Origin: Eledone cirrhosa
Lineage: Eukaryota
DNA: 64,000 bases
Reading direction: 5' to 3'
Assembly (NCBI GenBank): GCA_964016885.1
Contig: OZ024753.1
Location: 14,818,001-14,882,000, forward strand
In this document: piece by piece, positions 12,692 through 25,345 of the stretch
Position numbering within the stretch: position 1 is the stretch's first letter
Layout: each line of letters opens with the position of its first letter
Position numbers and translations under genes: made by a program
Notes under the pieces: generated by a model
Told to the model about the DNA's origin: nothing
Seen by the model: only the letters and a program-made list of their open reading frames with translations
The model's database searches: none

Positions 12692-13272
12692 TGAGTGACT
12701 GAGTATAAGAGGAATCAAATGCTGTGTGCAGGAGAGGAGGTTGCGTTGGTATGGACATATGATGCGTATGAAGGAAGACAACTGCATAAAAAGGTGCAGA
12801 GTACTAGAAGTCAATAGAAGCTGTGGAGTGGGGAGATCCAAGAAGACCTGGGATGAGGTGATAAAAGCCGACCTTACCCAATGGCGATGACACACGATGA
12901 CACACCTCTCAAGGGCGATGACACACGACCGTGATCTCTGGCGTCACGCAATAATACAGAAGACCCGACTTCCCACGGGTACAAGCTGAAGCTAAAGCAT
13001 ATAATCAATATGCCCCCAACCCCTCCCACTGCAAAGTGGTCGTGGAGGTGCCACGGCAAAAAAGCACTCCGCCCACACTGTAAAGTGGACGTGTAGGTGC
13101 CACGGAAAAAAAGCACCCAGCATTCACTGTAAATGAGGTTGTGCTGTTAGGAAGGGCATCAGTTCATGTGTGAGCAAGACAAGGTCAGCCAACTGGACAC
13201 TGCCCACAATAGGACAACCCGTCTAACCCATGCTAGCGTGGAAGAACGGACGTAAAATGGTGATGATGATGA
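12692..13272 (+). mobile_element. RTE LINE family 2, 3' fragment with long 3'-UTR
   Basis: Encodes CCVQERRLRWYGHMMRMKED; same 3'-UTR as 21207-21500. Confidence 0.88.
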
Positions 13273-13294
13273 TATATATATATATATATATATA

Positions 13295-13705
13295 AAAAAG
13301 GATCAATCGACTTTCGTCAAATCGGACCAAGGAAACAATGCTTTCATCGGTTTTTCCAATTGCTAGTACTATCTATCGGTCGCAACTCTAGGTAGAAGGA
13401 GCAACGTGAAATAAAGTGTCTTGCTCAAGGACATAACACATCGCATATATAAATAGTGTTGCAGCATATATATAAACTTTATTGGCATATTACGATTGTT
13501 TCAATATCGATTAGCTCAGGGTACAATTGTAATTGTTTCTATTTTAGGCACAGGGCCAGCAATTACCCAGTACATTACTGGTACTTTATTTTATCGACCC
13601 CGTAAGGATAAAAGGCAAAATTAACCTCGGCAGCATTTGAACTCAGATCGTAAAGGGACGTAACTATGCTAGAAAGCATGTCCGACCCTCTACCGATACT
13701 GCCAA
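13295..13705 (-). mobile_element. Partial SINE B variant (13295-13445) and SINE A (13530-13705)
   Basis: Match to the family consensus sequences. Confidence 0.8.
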
Positions 13706-13740
13706 ATGATAGTCTATATGTGTTAAAGAGACATACAAAA

Positions 13741-13803
<63 letters not shown>

Positions 13804-13893
13804 GGAAAAATTTGAACAGGGACAAAACAGAGAGGCAGTACAATAAATGTTTATTAATTTCACGCTCAGGAGAGTGGGGTGTAGGTGGGGGAC

Positions 13894-13921
13894 GACGTTT
13901 CGGGCATAAGCCCTTCCTCAG
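13894..13921 (-). ncRNA. Minimal hammerhead core (PLE-like remnant 13802-13998)
   Basis: Minus strand CUGAGGA a gggc uuau gccc GAAA cg UC; stem I not clearly paired; downstream AATAAA; abuts (TA)n. Confidence 0.6.
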
Positions 13922-14067
13922 GTGAGAAGTGTGTGGGAACAGAGTTCAAAAGGTGTGTAGGGGAGTGGTGGAGAGACATATAGCGAAAGGAAACGGTATA
14001 TATCAATATCTGTAGATATGAAAAATAAAGGAAAACAGTGTTCAATCAGAATGGGAGCAGAAATATA

Positions 14068-14314
14068 TTATTTCTTTATGTTCGTACACAGAACAAAGTT
14101 GCTATCCATGGTTTCAAGACCCAAATTTGACCCTACCTCCAGAATACAAAAGGCATCAGATTAGTGACCTTTCTTCAGGTGTTTATACGAGATTATAAAT
14201 ACCTGAAGAAAGGTCACTAACCTGATGCCTCTTGTATTCTGGAGGTAGGGTCAAATTTGGGTCCTGAAACCATGGATAGCAACTTTGTTCTGTGTACAAA
14301 CATAAAGAAATAAT
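14068..14314. repeat. Near-perfect foldback with about 120-bp arms carrying a degenerate hammerhead-like motif
   Basis: Arms 14068-14187 and 14194-14314; CUGAAGA at 14203 ... GAAA ccaugg (palindrome) but no canonical UH immediately after. Confidence 0.85.
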
Positions 14315-14490
14315 TGTTTCTACTTTTGGCACAAGGCCAGCAAATTACTCAGTACATTACTGGTACTTTATTTTATTGACCACGTAAGGATGAAAGGCAA
14401 AGTTGACTTCGGCGGGGTTGGAAAGGGCCGCAACTCTATGCATCAAAGCATGATGTCCGACTCTCTACCGATACTGCCAATCCACCGCCC
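14311..14490 (-). mobile_element. SINE family A
   Basis: Consensus match. Confidence 0.85.
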
Positions 14491-14533
14491 TATAAAGAAT
14501 ATAATATATTATATATATATATATATATAGAAG

Positions 14534-14584
14534 AGCTTCTACAGGACTAGAACTGTTTCATTTGTGAGAAATCATCAGGAAGCT
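14534..14584 (-). ncRNA. Type I hammerhead ribozyme motif
   Basis: Minus strand: agcuuc CUGAUGA uuucucacaaau GAAA cag uucuaguc cug UA gaagcu; 6-bp stem I, 3-bp stem III. Same family as 49061. Confidence 0.78.
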
Positions 14585-14659
14585 ACAAATTTATACACTG
14601 CTATGTATTGAGTACCTTACTTACTGTGGTTACGCCCCAATTCAACCCGGAATAACTTA

Positions 14660-14694
<35 letters not shown>

Positions 14695-14785
14695 TAAAAT
14701 AACAGATTAAAGTTTAAGCAAAGAATCGCTGCTTTCACCCTTAACGGGATCTAGTCTTGGATTTTAGTCTTGAAATTTATTATTA

Positions 14786-14851
<66 letters not shown>

Positions 14852-15078
14852 GAGGTTATATTTAATTTAAAAAAATGTTATAACTGATATAAAGAACTCA
14901 ACAAATTAGTGGAGTAAATATACAATATATTAATAAATGGAAACTATATTTATAAAACCATATTTATTTTATTATACATATTTCAAGGGCCACCAAGGCA
15001 AATTATCCAGTAAGCTCCAACCGTTAAGGTTGTCTTTTTTTCCAGGTATGTCAATATTTATTTATAAAACAAATCTGT

Positions 15079-15142
15079 ATTTTATCTGATGAAAGCGCAC
15101 CATAATTTGCCTTGGTTGCCCTTGAAATATGTATAATAAAAT
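15079..15142 (+). ncRNA. Type I minimal hammerhead (foldback cassette 14850-15190)
   Basis: auuuuau CUGAUGA aag..gcacc..ggu(u)gc.cuu GAAA uaugua UA auaaaau; perfect 7-bp stem I. Confidence 0.8.
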
Positions 15143-15279
15143 AAATATGGTTTTATAAATATAGTTTCCATTTATTAATATATTGTATATATATATAGTT
15201 TTTAAAAAAAGTAAACAGAGAACAAAAAACAGATAAATGAAGAGGCAGTATAATTGATATCATTATTAAATGCACTGGG

Positions 15280-15515
15280 TGGATTGGGAGTATCGGTAGA
15301 GGGTCGGACGCCATGCTTTCCAGCATAGTTACGTCCCTTTACGATGTGAGTTCAAATCCCGCCGAGGTTGACTTTGCCTTTCATCCTTACGGGGTCGATA
15401 AAATAAAGTACCAGTAATGCACTGGTGTGATTGCTGGCCGTGTGCCTAAAGTAGAAACAATTATTAAATGCACTGGGTAATTGCTGGCCTTGTGCCTAAA
15501 GTAGAAACAATTATT
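15280..15515 (+). mobile_element. SINE family A plus duplicated 3' end, inserted in a PLE-like remnant
   Basis: Consensus match; flanks are homologous to 13802-13970. Confidence 0.82.
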
Positions 15516-15548
15516 AGTTTCACGCTTGAGAGTGGGGGGGGGGGGCAC

Positions 15549-15576
15549 GACGTTTCGGGCATAAGCCCTTCATCAA
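15549..15576 (-). ncRNA. Minimal hammerhead core, C3U variant
   Basis: Minus strand UUGAUGA a gggc uuau gccc GAAA cg UC; paralogue of 13894. Confidence 0.5.
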
Positions 15577-15939
15577 GAGAAAAGTGGGTAGGAAGAGAGT
15601 TCTGAGGGTGTGTGGGGGAGTGGTGGAAATTATTTTTAAAAAAAGGGGGGGGGACAAAAGGAGGGAAAATTTTTTTTTTATAGAGTAAAGGAAATTTATA
15701 TACAGAGAGAAAGAGAGAGGGAGTGAGAGTGAGAGAGTGGGAGAGAGGGAGAGAGAGGGAAGGAGAGGGAGTGAGAGGGAGAGAGAAGGAAGGAGTGAGA
15801 GGGGGAGAGAGGGATGATTTAAAGGCAGTGTATCTCATGTTATCTATTGTACTGTAACGAGACTGAACATGTCTAGAATCTATCAACTATTATTTCTAAT
15901 TATTCTGGGTATTAGGCTTAACGATTAGTTTAGAATATA

Positions 15940-16505
15940 ATGGTGGTGGTGGTGGTGGTGGTGGTAGTGGTGGTGGTGGTGGTTGGTGGTGGTTGGTGGT
16001 GGTGGTGGTGGTTGGTGGTGGTGGTGGTTGGTGGTGGTGGTGGTTGGTAGTGGTTGGTAGTGGTGGTGGTGGTTGGTAGTGGTTGGTAGTGGTGGTGGTT
16101 GGTGGTGGTTGGTAGTGGTGGTGGTGGTGGTGGTTGGTAGTGGTGGTGGTGGTGGTTGGGGGCGGGGTGGGGGTCGGGGTGGTTGGGGGTGGGGGTGGTG
16201 GTTGGGGGTGGTGGTGGTGGTTGGTGGTGGTAGTGGTGGTTGGTAGTGGTTGGTAGTGATGGTAGTGGTTGTTAGTGGTGGTGGTCGGTAGTGGTGGTGG
16301 TGGTGGTGGTGGTTGGTGGTGGTAGTGGTCGGTAGTGGTGGTGGTGGTGGTGGTGGTTGGTAGTGGTGGTGGTTGGTAGTTGTTGGCAGTGGTGGTGGTG
16401 ATGGTTGTGGTGATGGTGGTGGTAGTGGTGGTGGTTGTCATGGTGGTGGTGGTTGGTGGTCGTGGTGGTGGTGTTGGTGGCGGTAGTGGTGGTTGTGGTT
16501 GTGGT
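15940..16505. repeat. (GGT)n-derived low-complexity tract
   Basis: Direct reading; source of the poly-T/P/H ORF. Confidence 0.95.
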
Positions 16506-17242
16506 GAAAGCAGCGATTCTTTGCTTAAACTTTAATCTGTTATTTTAATAAATATTTGCTCTACGGTTCTTATATATTTGATATATATTTATCCTTATTG
16601 AGCCCTCTTTAGATTTTAGTCTTCACATTTATTATTATTACTATATATATATTAATTAATTTAATTAGACAATTCTGTTGATTGATTAATTATTTGTGTT
16701 TGTTTAATAACATCCGGTTGAGAGCTTTTATTCGGAATGTTAGCGGAAATTATAATATTTCCTTTGTTAACACTTTGAATCTACCCGCCAAAAACCGGGG
16801 GTTGCTTCCCTTGTTGGAAATAATATGTGACAACTAAGTGTTCGCTGGCTACCTTCTTAGTGGCCACATTTAGTCTGTCCACTCCAATTTATGGCAGAAC
16901 GGAATCCCTGTTGATGAAATTAATCCTCCGTTCGATCATGGAATACCACGAGCATGCCTGTTACGTAAGTTGGATAACTGATTTTGGATTCATAGAAACA
17001 CTTTAAATGTATATCGTTTGATTTGTGCAGGTGTATCTTTTTAACCTGTTAGTTCTTTCATTACTTTGGTATTGTGTGGTTGGGTTTTGCCTACCGCAAT
17101 GTTCAATTTGTCAAGCTATTTAAACGTATGTTATTACTCTAAGGACCTACTCTTATTGAGTGCTTTGCTAACTCATTCCTATTGCAGGTCGACTTTGCTT
17201 GCCCACAGCCAAAGCTTCGCTTTTACTAAGCTTCCACTTGTA

Positions 17243-17600
17243 TCATCATCATCATCATTTTACGTCCGCTTTTCCCTGCTTGCAAGGGTGGGACAGGAAC
17301 TGATTCTGGCTTGATTTCTACAGCTAGATGCCCTTCCTAACACTAACCTCATTTACAGTGAGTGCTGGCTGCTTTTTTGCCGTGACACCTCCACGACCAC
17401 TTTGCAGTGGAATGATAGGGACCCCAGTCCCTATCATCTCATTTCTACAGCTGAGTAAACTGGAGCAATGTGAAATAAAGTGCCTTGCTCAAGGAAACAA
17501 CACATCACCCGGTCTGAGAACCTTTTGATTGCAAGGCCAATGCTCTAACAACCTTTCGATTGCAAGGCCAATGCTCTAACCACTAAGCCATGTGCCTCCA
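17243..17600 (-). mobile_element. SINE family B (family-1 tail) with small internal duplication
   Basis: Consensus match; gattgcaaggccaatgctctaac is repeated. Confidence 0.87.
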
Positions 17601-17913
17601 TATATATATATATAGATAGATAGATAATACAGTATATAGAGGAGAAACCACAAAAAAGGGGTATGTTTTCGGTTACAAGGGGTAGAGAACCACTATAGAA
17701 AATAATATATGATCTACAAACAGTGGGGAGAATATATAATAATTGTTTTCTTCTATATAATGTATTATGAAGAGCCCAGAAATTATTGCATTTGATATAT
17801 ATATATGTGAAGGCGGCTGACTGGGGTAGATCTGCTAAATGTTCGGTCGCCCTCATGTCTCTGCTTTTCAGCCCCATTGATTTTGTCTATTATATTCCTT
17901 TGTTATATTTCGA

Positions 17914-17971
17914 ATACCTGATGATGTCACAAGATTCATACTGAACCCGATCACTGAAATGATCATAGTAT
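17914..17971 (+). ncRNA. Type I minimal hammerhead (PLE-like cassette 17808-18160)
   Basis: auac CUGAUGA ... GAAA ugauca UA guau, followed directly by AATAAA; tail has TCGAGTGCT. Confidence 0.7.
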
Positions 17972-18187
17972 AATAAACATTTAAAGGAACTACACCAGTC
18001 CAGCCTCCTGTCATTTTATAATAATTAACTCCGTACTCGCACCACCAACTACACAAACGAAGACGGGTGAGTTGCATTACGTCGAGTGCTCTCCATAATA
18101 TTACATCAAGGTTGACCATACGGAATGACCAGTTCTATCCAGTGGTGAACCAACAAACATAAATATATATATATATATATATATATA

Positions 18188-19013
18188 ATAATTGTTTCTA
18201 CTTTTGGCACAAGGCCAGCAATTATCCCAGTACATTACTGGTACTTTGTTTTATCAACCCAGTAAGGATGAAAGGCAAAGTGAGCCTCGGCGGGATTTGA
18301 ACTCAGACCATAAAGGGGTGTAACTATGCTGCAAAAAATGGCGTCTGACCTACTGATACTGCCAATCCCCTGCCCTTTATATTTATATATAATACTTGTT
18401 TCTACTTTTGGCACAAGGCCAGCAATAATCCAGTGTATTACTGGTACTTTATTTTATCGACCCCGTAAGGATGAAAGGCAAAGTTAACCTCGGTGGGATT
18501 TGAACTCAGAATGGCAAGGGCCATAACTCAATGCGTCAAAGCATGGCGTCCGACCCTCTACCGATACTGCAAATCCACCAATAATGATTGACATATATAC
18601 ATACATATAAAGCTATCAAATGACATCATCATCATCATCATTTCATGTCCGCTTTTCCCTGCTTGCAAGGGTGGGACGGGAACTGATTCTGGCTTGATTT
18701 CTACAGCTGGATACCCGTCCTAACACCAACCTCATTTACAGTGAGTGCTGGGTGCTTTTTTTCCGTGGCGCCTACATGTCCACTTTACAGTGTGGGCTGG
18801 GTGCTTTTTTGCAATGTAACCTCCACAACCACTTTGCAGTGGAATGATAGGGACCCCTGTCCCTATCATCTCATTTCTACAGCTGAGTCAACTAGAGCAA
18901 TGTGAAATAAAGTGTCTTGCTCAAGGAAACAACACATTACCCGGTCTGAGAATTGAACTCACAACCTCTCGAGTGCAAGGCCAATGTTCTAACCATTAAG
19001 CTATGTGCCTCCA
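18188..19013 (-). mobile_element. Two SINE A copies (18188-18580) and one SINE B (18624-19013)
   Basis: Consensus matches. Confidence 0.85.
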
Positions 19014-19188
19014 TAAATATATAAAATAATATATCAAACTTTAAAAGGAGATAATCTGTATAGAATGCAAGAACACATTACTCCGTCAAGTAATTAAAAT
19101 TTGATAAAAATTTGATAAAAAATTTGATAAAAAAATTTCAAATATAGATCCCAGGCAAAAATTAATTATATCATCTATATTTTTTAAT

Positions 19189-19238
<50 letters not shown>

Positions 19239-19311
19239 AAAGGTAAACAAAAATAACAACACAATCGGTACAGTATATATTAGGTTAATGCTTGATATAG
19301 CAGGAAGAGGT

Positions 19312-19347
19312 TCCTAACATTTCGGAAAATAGTCCTTCATCAGCAGA
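19312..19347 (-). ncRNA. Degenerate minimal hammerhead (family of 56612)
   Basis: Minus strand CUGAUGA a gga cuauuu ucc GAAA ug UU agga; flanks homologous to 56597-56732. Confidence 0.5.
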
Positions 19348-19507
19348 AAGAATGAGAAATAAATGAGTTATATATAATTAGAGATATGAAAGGATAGTAA
19401 GCTGCACTACCTGGTTTACCTGTAAGCTCCGATTGTTCCAGACAAATATCTGGAAGAAATGATCGTCAGTAATTATTAAGTATTAAGCAAAAATGTGATT
19501 GTTTTAT

Positions 19508-19562
<55 letters not shown>

Positions 19563-19565
19563 TTA

Positions 19566-19618
<53 letters not shown>

Positions 19619-19660
19619 ATATATATATATATCTCTCTCTATATATATATATATATTTAT

Positions 19661-19865
19661 TTATTAAAATAACAGATTAAAGTTTAAACAAAGAAACACT
19701 GCGTTCACAGATTGATTTTTTTTAGTTTCAGAAGACCGCGCTGCGATTCTTTGCTTAAACTTTAATCTGTTATTTTAATAAATATTTGCTCTATATTTAT
19801 CTGATATTTATTTATCCCTATCGAGCCCTCTTTGAATTTTAGTCTTCAAATTTATTATTATTACT
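19661..19865. mobile_element. Foldback cassette, 'H' family (also 14690-14790, 16503-16640, 38045-38300, 40528-40610)
   Basis: Arms ttattaaaataacagattaaagtttaa / ttaaactttaatctgttattttaataa, plus tail with TCGAGCCCT. Confidence 0.65.
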
Positions 19866-20134
19866 CATCATCATCACCGTTTTACGTTCCACGCTAGCAT
19901 GGGTTAGATATATATTCCTCATAAGATGGCTGTGCCAGCATCATGATAAAGTGCTACTAGTAAATGCAGTAAATTGGTTGACATTAGGAAGGGCATCCAG
20001 GCATTGAAACCAAGCCAAACAAAACATACAAGCAGGGCCTAGTTACCTGACTGGTCTGGTCTTAACATGTGACAGCCGTCTAACCCAGCACACTTGGAAA
20101 ATAGACATTAAACCGCGATGATATATCATCATAA

Positions 20135-20500
20135 TCATCATCATTTTACGTCCGTTCTTCCACGCTAGCATGGGTTAGACGGGTTGTTCTGTTGTGGGCA
20201 GTGTCCAGTCAGCTGACCTTGTCTTGCTCATACAGGAACTGATATATCATCATCATCGTTTAACGTCCATCTTCCACGCTAGCATGGGTTAGACGGGAGT
20301 TGTCCCACTTGAGGCAAGGCTGGTCGGGTGACCGTGTCTCGCTCATATAGGACTGTATCTGGCAGGTTTTCTACGGCTGGATGCCCTTCCTAACACCAAC
20401 CACATTTACAGTGCGGAACTGGGAACTTTTTACTGTGTTACCTACACGGCCACATTACAGCGTGGACTGTGTGTTTTTTTCTCGTGACACCTACACAATC
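20135..20500 (-). mobile_element. Stacked RTE 3'-UTR fragments with (CAT)n tails
   Basis: Two consecutive catcatcat..acgtcc..ttccacgctagcatgggttagacggg units. Confidence 0.75.
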
Positions 20501-21206
20501 TCGATCTCGATCTCATTATCTCATTTATTTGGACTGGATGTTGTGGTACCAACTTTACAGAGAGGGGGTGGTGTTGGTGGGAGTGGGAGGATAGGCTAGG
20601 GGTAGTGGATTGGGGTGTATATTTGGTTTATATATATATATATATGTATAAGAGATATTTAATTTGTTGGAAACCCAAAACCTTTTATACATAACTCCGT
20701 TAATTTAACATTATAAATTGTAACTACCTATTTAACATTATAAATTGTAATTACCTATTTATTTACATAAAATCAACATCCTAGTAACCTATATTAGGAA
20801 CAAACACCTATTTATTTTACTTATTTATAAATCAACATCCCGCGTAACTCATTATAAACAAACTATCCTTTAAAAAAAACACATATGCTATTATTAAAAT
20901 ACATATATAGATATTTATATATTATTATAATAAGATAAATAATTCTCCATATAAATATAGATAAATGTCTGAATATATTTTCCCTAAATTAATGTTCAAG
21001 TGGTCTTCCTTTTCCTTTCTTCTTTAACAATTTTAGTTTGATCATTTATATAGCTTCGTTAAATTAACAATATTTTGAAAACATTCTCAATGTTGAACAT
21101 TTTTGAATCCACAAATTATTCTAATCTCACAACTTGAAAATAAAATTTTCAACATCCTTCGTAACTCGTATTTGTTTATATAATCAATCAATGCATACGC
21201 AAATTC

Positions 21207-22945
21207 ATCATCATCATCACCGTTTTACATCCGTTCTTCCATGCTAGCATGGGTTAGACGGGTTGTCCTGTTGTCGGCAGTGTCTGCTCGGCCTTGCTCA
21301 TACAGGAACTGATTTTGGCTTGGTTTCTACAGCTGGATGCCCTTCCTAACACCAACCTCATTTACAGTGAGTGCTGGGTGCTTTTTTTCCGTGGCGCCTA
21401 CACATCAACTTTACAGTGTGGGCTGGGTGCTTTTTTGCTGTGGCACCTCCATGACCACTTTGCAGTGGGAGGGTGTGGGGGCATATTGTCTATAATCTTC
21501 AGCTTGTACCCATGGGAGGTCGGGTACTCTGTATTACTGCGTGACGCCAGAGGTCACGGTCGTGTGTCATCGCCTTTGAGAGGTGTAACTGGGTAAGGTC
21601 GGCCCCTATCACCTCATCCCAGGTCTTCTTGGGTCTCCCCACTCCGCGACTTCCATTGACTTCTAGTGCTCTGCACCTTTTTATGCAGCTGTCATCCTTC
21701 ATCCGCATCACATGTCCATACCAACGCAACCGCCTCTCCTGCACACAGCATGTGATTCCTCTTATGCTCAGTCTCTCTCTCAATTCATTTATGCTTTGCC
21801 GTTCGCGTATACTACTATTACACATCCATCGGAGCATGCAGGCTTCGTTTCTTTCTAATCTACGTAAGTCTTCCACCTTCAGTGCCCAGGTGTCACTACC
21901 ATGTAACATTGCTGTTCGGATACATGCATCATATAGTCTGCCTTTCATTTTGAGGGAGAAGCCTTTTGCAGCTATCAGTGGCAGTAATTCCCTGAACTTC
22001 TTCCATCCCATTCTTACCTAGTTATTGTACTTTCTGAACACCCACCTCTGCTGCTAATTCGGTCACCTAGGTAGCAGAAGCTGTCTACTGTTTCTACAGA
22101 GCCCTCCCAGAGATTGGTGGTACTTGTTTCCTGTGGCTGTTTGCTGCTTGCTGTCCCAGCCCAGCTGCTACATGTGAAGCCTACATTCTTAATTAAGCTT
22201 CCTGAGATCCCGCTACATCTCTTATGTACCCATTGTTTGCATTTGGGGCAGACATTGGAGTTCCTACCTACACTTTTCCTACATACTGAGCAAGGCCATT
22301 TCCCTGAGGGGATCTGTGTTCTGTTTTCTCGTCTACTTACAAGGACCTTAGTCTTTGTCATGTTGACTTTGAGACCCTTTCTTTCTAGTCCCTGCTTCCA
22401 AGTTTGGAATTTCTTCTCTAGTTCTACCATAGATTCAGCTATAAGTGCGAGGTCATCTGCATACAGGAGTTCCCATGGGCATCCGGTCTTAAACTCCTCC
22501 GTTATTGCCTGCAGGACTATGATGAACAAGAGAGGGCTAATAACAAAGCCCTGGTGGACACCAACCTGTACGCTAAATTCCTTGCTATACTCATTGCTAA
22601 TACTAACTCTGCTGACTGCTCCCCTATACATGGCTTGTACAGCTTTCACAAGCCATTCATCTACTCCTAGTTTTCTAAGAGCCCACCAGATTATAGCACG
22701 TGGAACTCTGTCAAAGGCTTTCTCGAGATCGACGAATGCCAGGTAGAGTGGCTTACTTTTAGCTAGGTACTTTTCCTGTAACTGCCTCACAAGGAAGAGG
22801 GCATCAGTGGTGCCTCTTCCTGGTGCAAACCCAAATTGCATCTCATCTAGTTTCACCCAGTTCCTAATCAACTGTGCTATAACTCTTTCTCTTACTTTCA
22901 TGACCTGGTTCATCAGCTTTATACCTCTATAGTTTCCTCAGCTTT
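21207..22945 (-). mobile_element. 5'-truncated RTE LINE family 2 (reverse transcriptase, one in-frame stop)
   Basis: ORF 22014-22913 has QFGF..GRGTTDA, FVDLEKAFDRV, GVHQG..SPLLF, LLYADDLAL and a Cys-rich PHD-like insert; continues in ORF 21499-22011; about 290-nt 3'-UTR and (ATG)n tail. Confidence 0.95.
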
Positions 22946-23331
22946 ATACCTCTATAGTTTCCTAAATTATTAATATATATAGAGATATTTATATACATAT
23001 AACCTATCCTAATGTAATATGATAAAAATACTTACAGCCATAATTCTTCATATAATTTTATAACTCATAATATAGGTAACAAAAATCTTTTCCCCGAAAT
23101 TAACGTTATTCTTTTCTCTTTCTCTTCTTTCCTTATCATAAATATTTAAATTTTCCATAGCGTCTAAAATAACGTTTTTTCAGCCCTTTAATATACACAT
23201 CATTTGCATAATCATATTAATAATTTTAAATATCTGTCTTTTCTCCTCTCTTCCCTTCACTTTCCATGGATAACTTGAACCATTAAGATATATCATCGTT
23301 GGTCATGTCAAATATTTATAAAACATTTTGT

Positions 23332-23391
23332 ATTTTATCTGATGAAAGCGTACCAAAAATGTTGGTACCCTTGAAATATATATAATAGAAT
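23332..23391 (+). ncRNA. Type I minimal hammerhead (family of 15079)
   Basis: auuuuau CUGAUGA aag c guacc..gguac c cuu GAAA uauaua UA auagaau. Confidence 0.8.
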
Positions 23392-23625
23392 AAATATGGT
23401 TTTATATAGTTTCCATTTATTTAATATCAATTGTATATATATATATATATATATATCTATATATATCTGTATTTTTGACTGTTGGTCAGTCAATGGTAAA
23501 TATTTAGGACCGAAAGAATTAACTGTGGAGATATAAAAGATACAGAAGTGAAAACCAACCAAACAGTGAATGTGTTCTGTTATTATTTCTGGCAATATTA
23601 TTACAATAATATGACCCTCCCCAAG

Positions 23626-23675
<50 letters not shown>

Positions 23676-23866
23676 GGAACTATTGTCATCTAGCCTGACG
23701 GTTTGAACTTTACAACACCACCTACCTCTTTGAGGTCAAATACCAACCCTACAAACTGACCAATGAGAATCAAGACTATTCCTGCTGACAACATTAAATT
23801 ATTCCTAACAAGCTCATATGTCCCAAGGCTCTGATACCATCAACACTATAAACACAGAGCTGGCTA

Positions 23867-23920
23867 ACTGCCTGATGAGGTCATAGCCATTCAATGGCTA
23901 TCATCGAAATATATAGCAGT
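23867..23920 (+). ncRNA. Type I minimal hammerhead with fully canonical core (PLE-like remnant 23675-23966)
   Basis: acugc CUGAUGA ggu c auagcca uucaa uggcuau c auc GAAA uaua UA gcagu, then AATAAA; upstream cct gac ggt ttg aac encodes PDGLN, resembling a PLE GIY-YIG C-terminus. Confidence 0.85.
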
Positions 23921-24287
23921 AAATAAAGGATTATGAGTTCATGCAATTGACTTATGTTTCGTCACTATATATATATATATATATATTTACATAATTCCTT
24001 ATTTTTCTTTGAGAAAATAAGCCGACATATAAAAAGAGAAATTGGTTTGCCCCAAATTAAGTTATTTCGAAAGAGTGCTGCAAATAGTTTCTACATTAGA
24101 TATAGCTGATCCCTCACTTTTAACCTAGATATTCTTCATCAAAGAAAAATGGAGAAAATTGCAAGTGGAATAATTCTTTCCTATCATTATATTGTCATTA
24201 TATATATCATGGTTTCTTCTGGAAGAGAGGAAGAGAATGTTTCAGCAGAGAAATTACTGACTTCACTCACCAACAATTCATATATTA

Positions 24288-24548
24288 CAACAATAACAAA
24301 AGCAACAACAACAACAACAACAACAATAACAATAACAACAGCATAACAGCAATAACAACAATAACAACAATATAACAACAATAACAACAATATAACAGTA
24401 ATAACAACAATATAACAGTAATAACAACAAATAACAACAATAACAACAACAACAAAATATAACAACAACAACAATATATAACAATAACAATAATATATAA
24501 CAATAATAACAACAACAACTACTACAGCAACAACAGCAGCAACAATAA
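24288..24548. repeat. (AAC)n/(AAT)n microsatellite; a similar tract lies at 25358-25620
   Basis: Direct reading. Confidence 0.93.
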
Positions 24549-25345
24549 TTGTTTTTGATTTAGGCACAAGGCCAACAATTTTAAGAAAGGGGTAAGTTGA
24601 TTAAATCAACCCCAGCGTATTACTGGTACTCTATTTTTTCAACCCCGTAAGGATGAAAGGCAAAGTTAACCTCGGCGGGATTTAAACAATAATATGGAGG
24701 CACATGGCTTAGTGGTTAGAGCATTGGGCTTGCAATCGAAAGGTTGTGAGTTCAATTCTCAGACCGGGTGATGTGTTGTTTCCTTGAGCAAGACAGTTTA
24801 TTTCACATTGCTCCAGTTTACTCAGCTGTAGAAATGAGATGATAGGGACCCCAGTCCCTATCATCTCATTTCTGCAAAGTGGTCGTGGAGGTGCCACGAC
24901 AAAAAAGCACCCAGCACTCAGTGTAAATGAGGTTGGTGTTAGGAAGGGCATCCAGCTGTAGAAATCAAGCCAGAATCAGTTCCTTTCCCACCCTTGCAAG
25001 CAGGGAAAAAGCAGATGTAAAATGATGATGTTGATGATGAATAACTACAAAAATACAACAACAAATGCTAGAAGCTTCATCTATATCTTGAGGGTGGGAT
25101 TGGGTAGATAGAAACAACAACAACAACAGTAACAACATGGTAACAACAACATGTGGCTGATTGGTGAGAGAATTGGATTCGCAATCTTGAGGTTGTAAGT
25201 TCGATTCCTGGACCGGGCGAAGCATTATGTCCTTGAGCAAGACACTTTATTTCACGTTGCGACCAATAGATAGTATTAGCAACTGGAAAGACCAACGGAA
25301 ACATTGTTTCCTCGGTCCGATTTGACGAAAGTCGATTGTTCCTTT
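24546..25345. mobile_element. SINE A fragment (-), SINE B (24695-25040, +) and SINE B variant (25150-25345, +)
   Basis: Consensus matches. Confidence 0.82.
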
